Shown here one piece after another: positions 60,528 through 64,000 of a stretch of 64,000 nt of DNA. The position numbers and the translations under genes were made by a program. The notes under the pieces were generated by a model that saw only the letters and a list, made by a program, of their open reading frames with translations, was not told the DNA's origin and made no database searches. The stretch's first letter is position 1. The number at the start of each line of letters is the position of its first letter. Source of the stretch: Minisyncoccota bacterium (GTDB lineage: Bacteria; Patescibacteriota; Minisyncoccia; Phycocordibacterales; JAQTLZ01); NCBI GenBank assembly GCA_028714635.1, contig JAQTLZ010000001.1:173272-237271 (forward strand), given 5' to 3'.

Positions 60528-60968
60528 TTCAACAACTGCCTTTACGTCGCCCCCGTCAGCCATTCCTTTTGTTTCTTTCATTACTGCACCCATAAGTTTT
60601 CCCGCACCCGCTTTGTCCGTCACGCCCATTTTTTCTTTCATAGCAGTTGCGATTTTTTTAATTTCGTCCTGTCTCATCATTTTTGGCATAAAGGTCTCGA
60701 GTACGCCCAATTCGGCCTGTTCGACCTTCACGAGGTCCATTCGGTTGCCCTTGGTAAACTGCTCTATTGAGTCTTTTCTTTGCTTTACGAGGCGTTTAAT
60801 GACAGTCATGGCATCTGTGTCAGAAAGCTCATCTGTCGGCTTTTTCATTTTTGCCACAAGCTCATTGGTAAACGCCGCAGAAATCCCTCGGACAACACCA
60901 AGTCGCAAAGCATCTTTTGCGAGCATGGCTTTTTTAATTTCTTCTTTGATGGATTGCTGGATGGACAT
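60516..60968 (-). CDS. GatB/YqeY domain protein
   Basis: KKAMLAKD..KQRKDSIEQF..GKLMGAVMK. Confidence 0.9.
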   Translation of the reverse strand: MSIQQSIKEEIKKAMLAKDALRLGVVRGISAAFTNELVAKMKKPTDELSDTDAMTVIKRLVKQRKDSIEQFTKGNRMDLVKVEQAELGVLETFMPKMMRQDEIKKIATAMKEKMGVTDKAGAGKLMGAVMKETKGMADGGDVKAVVESLF

Positions 60969-61047
60969 AGAAAATATAAGAATTTGTAATGAGGATAGTA
61001 TAGCAAAAATAGAGGAAAGAAAAATAGCTGGCACGCAAGCGCACCGG

Positions 61048-61404
61048 CTATTGATACGGATTGAAATAATCCTTAATAAACTCATTCACGTATGCATCGT
61101 ACAACATCCACATCCCGATGAGCCAGCATATTGAGAGGACGTGATATCTGACAAATTTGTCTCTCCAAATTGTCCCAAAAAGAAGAGCGGGGAGTGTCGC
61201 TAAGTAGAAATAGGCGACAATAACGAAGTTCTTTCCGATGATTGCCAGATTTTCCCTTACTTCTGGCGGTGTGGGTACACGTGACGTATAACGGACATTG
61301 AGAGCCATCACTAATGCGAACACGCAAAGCCACGCAAGATTGATCAGCCAGAAATTATTCCACGGATCATTGCGTCCGGCTTCTTCTCTTTTTTCTCTTT
61401 CCAC
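61048..61404 (-). CDS. Hypothetical membrane protein
   Basis: Three TM segments; GAGG SD with GTG start. Confidence 0.55.
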   Translation of the reverse strand: MEREKREEAGRNDPWNNFWLINLAWLCVFALVMALNVRYTSRVPTPPEVRENLAIIGKNFVIVAYFYLATLPALLFGTIWRDKFVRYHVLSICWLIGMWMLYDAYVNEFIKDYFNPYQ

Positions 61405-61522
61405 CGGACACCTCTCTTTCGTAAAGGGTTAATTTCCAAGTTAAAAGTAGCTATTTTTCTGTGGGGTGTCAAATGAAAAACACCCGGGCGGTAAGGCTCG
61501 GGTGAATCTAGGACGTGCGGAC

Positions 61523-61786
61523 CTACAATTTTCGAAGACCTTTCAGGTGATCTTCGTAGTGAAGGCCAGTAGTGAAGGCATCCTTGTTTGCTTCCCTCGG
61601 GCGATCCGAAGGTTTTTCGGTTGTACAGAGGACGCCGTGCTTCAGAAACACAGCGAGATGGTTCTCAAGATCTCCCGCGTTTCTGATTTCATGGTCGCAG
61701 AACTTTTGTTCAAGTTCTTTTTTTGTCTGCGGCCACTTAATCTTTTGAAACCACGGAGATGCGAGAATTTCTTGCGAGGTGTACAT
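61523..61786 (-). CDS. Hypothetical protein
   Basis: GGAG SD and ATG start. Confidence 0.45.
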   Translation of the reverse strand: MYTSQEILASPWFQKIKWPQTKKELEQKFCDHEIRNAGDLENHLAVFLKHGVLCTTEKPSDRPREANKDAFTTGLHYEDHLKGLRKL

Positions 61787-61864
61787 GACTCATTCTCCAG
61801 AGTTGACGGTTAAACTTCCCATTTAAAATTACCATTATTAAAAAATTGTTGCTATAATTTCAGT

Positions 61865-62908
61865 ATGTTGATAACTCTTTTGACCACACTTATTGTACTT
61901 GTTGCAATTGTCATCATTTTTTTGGTGCGGATGAATATGAAAAAGTCGCCGGAAAAAGGCGAAGATGTGGGGTTTAAGCTTCTTTTGGAACAGATGAATG
62001 AACTATCTCGTACGGTTCATGATGTGAATAAGACTGTTGATGCAAAGATGACCACGCAATTTACCGAGTCGCAACGGCTCATTAAAGACATCACTCGCGA
62101 GCTTACTGAAGTGAAAGAGACGGGGAAGCAGGTTATTTCTTTTGCTGATCAGCTTCAGAATTTGCAGGATATTTTGAAGAATCCGAAACAGCGGGGGATT
62201 TTGGGCGAATATTATCTCGAAACTTTGCTCAAAAATGTCATGCCTCCGGGCTCTTATCAGATGCAATACAAATTTCCGGATGAGACCATCGTGGATGCTG
62301 TGGTCTTTGTGAAAGATAAAATTATTCCGATCGATTCTAAATTCAGTCTTGAAAATTACAATCGTATTGTTGAAGAAAAAGACGAGACTCGCAAAAAAGA
62401 GTACGAAAAAGTCTTTCTGAATGATTTAAAAAACCGAATTCTGGAAACTTCAAAATATATTCAGCCGAATAATGGCACGATGGATTTTGCCTTTATGTTC
62501 ATTCCCCACGAGGCGATTTATTACGATTTGATCGTGAATAAAATCGGCGGGAATCAGGATGACGACGAAAATCTCATTCAACGAGCAGCAAGCAAGTACA
62601 AAGTTATCATTGTTTCGCCGACATCATTTCTTGCATACCTCCAGACCGTGCTTCAGGGGCTGCGCGCGCTCAAAATCGAGGATACCGCGAAGGATATTAT
62701 TAAAAGAGTGGATGAGCTCGGTAAGCACCTCAAAAGCTACGAGGACTATCACGGCAAGATGGGGAACGCTTTGGCGACGACGGTAAACCATTACAACGCC
62801 TCCCAAAAGGAATTTAAGAAGATTGATAAGGATGTGCTTCGGGTGACGGGGGACGCCCTAGAAATTGGAGCTATCGTTTTAGACCGTCCGGACCGCGAGG
62901 AGGAGTGA
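61865..62908 (+). CDS. rmuC: DNA recombination protein RmuC
   Basis: PKQRGILGE; IPIDSKF; DFAFMFIPHE; VSPT. Confidence 0.92.
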   Translation: MLITLLTTLIVLVAIVIIFLVRMNMKKSPEKGEDVGFKLLLEQMNELSRTVHDVNKTVDAKMTTQFTESQRLIKDITRELTEVKETGKQVISFADQLQNLQDILKNPKQRGILGEYYLETLLKNVMPPGSYQMQYKFPDETIVDAVVFVKDKIIPIDSKFSLENYNRIVEEKDETRKKEYEKVFLNDLKNRILETSKYIQPNNGTMDFAFMFIPHEAIYYDLIVNKIGGNQDDDENLIQRAASKYKVIIVSPTSFLAYLQTVLQGLRALKIEDTAKDIIKRVDELGKHLKSYEDYHGKMGNALATTVNHYNASQKEFKKIDKDVLRVTGDALEIGAIVLDRPDREEE

Positions 62909-62952
62909 GGGAATTTGCCATTTTAAGCCACTTTTGCTAGGATAGTGCCACT

Positions 62953-63273
62953 ATGAAGGATTTCGCAGTCATACAAACAGGTGGCAAGCAATACAAAGTC
63001 TCCGTCGGAGATGTCCTTAAAATTGAGAAAATGCCAGGGGAATTCAAGGCTGGCGACACTATTTCTTTTGACAAAGTGCTTATCGTGGACAACGGCAAAG
63101 ATACGACTATCGGAACTCCATTTATCGAGGGTGCAAAGGTTGCTGCTATTTTCGAAAAAGCCGGCCGAGCTCCAAAAATCGACGTGGTTAAATACAAAGC
63201 AAAAAGCAAATACTACAAGAAACGAGGCCACCGACAGCCATTCTTTGAGGTGAAGATTAAATCAATACAATAA
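62953..63273 (+). CDS. rplU: 50S ribosomal protein L21
   Basis: FAVIQTGGKQYKV..GHRQ. Confidence 0.97.
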   Translation: MKDFAVIQTGGKQYKVSVGDVLKIEKMPGEFKAGDTISFDKVLIVDNGKDTTIGTPFIEGAKVAAIFEKAGRAPKIDVVKYKAKSKYYKKRGHRQPFFEVKIKSIQ

Positions 63274-63321
63274 AAAAACGGCGCGGGGCATAAAGCTCGG
63301 CGCCATTTTCGTTTCGTTGAC

Positions 63322-63819
63322 TCACTTGTATTCCTCGGGTTCAGGTAATTTCCCGATGCCAAAAGCATAGTACTTGTATGCTTGGAGCGCGTCAGTGGTG
63401 AACTTATTCTCCATGCGCTCACCTAGGCTCTCGCGAACCAAGGATGTGTATACCGCTTCGGCAGTGTTATCGTACCGCACTGACCCGCGGTATTTGTCTT
63501 CGATTCCCCTGAGGTGTTCTTCCGTTTGTTCGATTGCCTTGTGGTTCAAATTGGGATATGTCTCGTTGAACCAGCGTTTCCAGCCGACGTCTCGCTCGTA
63601 ATCTTTTACTGCGCCACCTATCCAATAGAGCGCGACGACAGGAATCCAAAGAGAGAGGTAAAAAAGAATGGCCCAAATTGTCGGTGATGAGCTCACTTTG
63701 GCTTCCTTCGCATAGATTACAAAAATGATGATATTTGCAATCACCACGAGGGTAAGCAACACATATATCGCGTTTGCTATTGGGTGCTTGATGTGGTATA
63801 GGCGCCTTTTGAGGTGCAT
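63322..63819 (-). CDS. Hypothetical membrane protein
   Basis: Two TM segments; AGGAGG SD. Confidence 0.6.
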   Translation of the reverse strand: MHLKRRLYHIKHPIANAIYVLLTLVVIANIIIFVIYAKEAKVSSSPTIWAILFYLSLWIPVVALYWIGGAVKDYERDVGWKRWFNETYPNLNHKAIEQTEEHLRGIEDKYRGSVRYDNTAEAVYTSLVRESLGERMENKFTTDALQAYKYYAFGIGKLPEPEEYK

Positions 63820-64000
63820 GGTATTTCCCTCCTAGTTGGTACAGGTCTTTTTCGAGGAGCTTTAGTCCACAATGGACACAAAAAACAGCTGCTCTTCGCA
63901 TACCATATCAGCATATTTTCACTTCGTCAAATCACTTGGAAGCTGAGCTTCCAAGTCGAATTATGAGCGGTTTTTGAAAGCGTTTTTGAGAGTGTCTGAA

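Overview
A ~64 kb chromosomal window whose gene content (short IF-2, tandem VirB2/TrbC-like pilins, type IV pilus locus, few Shine-Dalgarno sites) points to a Patescibacteria/CPR (Parcubacteria-like) genome; this taxonomic call is inference. Contents: surface proteins and a type IV pilus/pilin region (2.8-19 kb), six tRNAs, rbfA-infB, iscS, clpB, alr, and mraZ-rsmH-ftsL-ftsI. A ~14.2 kb defence island (39886-54118) is inserted at the 3' end of tRNA-Glu(CTC) and carries a type III R-M system, a UvrD helicase, a PD-(D/E)xK nuclease, a HEPN-like protein and a large serine recombinase. A Phe/Tyr terminal-pathway module follows the island. Top observations: (1) three copies of a structured non-coding element sit downstream of three different tRNAs, each with a covarying scaffold plus segments complementary to its own neighbouring tRNA 3' end; (2) the recombinase gene appears split by integration, with an in-frame C-terminal tail at the opposite island end; (3) two leaderless leader-peptide attenuators, one Phe-rich before the aromatic genes and one Ile-rich before an Rmf/CrpP-like ORF; (4) island-specific motifs (TTCAC triplets, AAATGTATATG starts) and apparent avoidance of 4-bp palindromes. 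All calls were made by eye; no searches were run.
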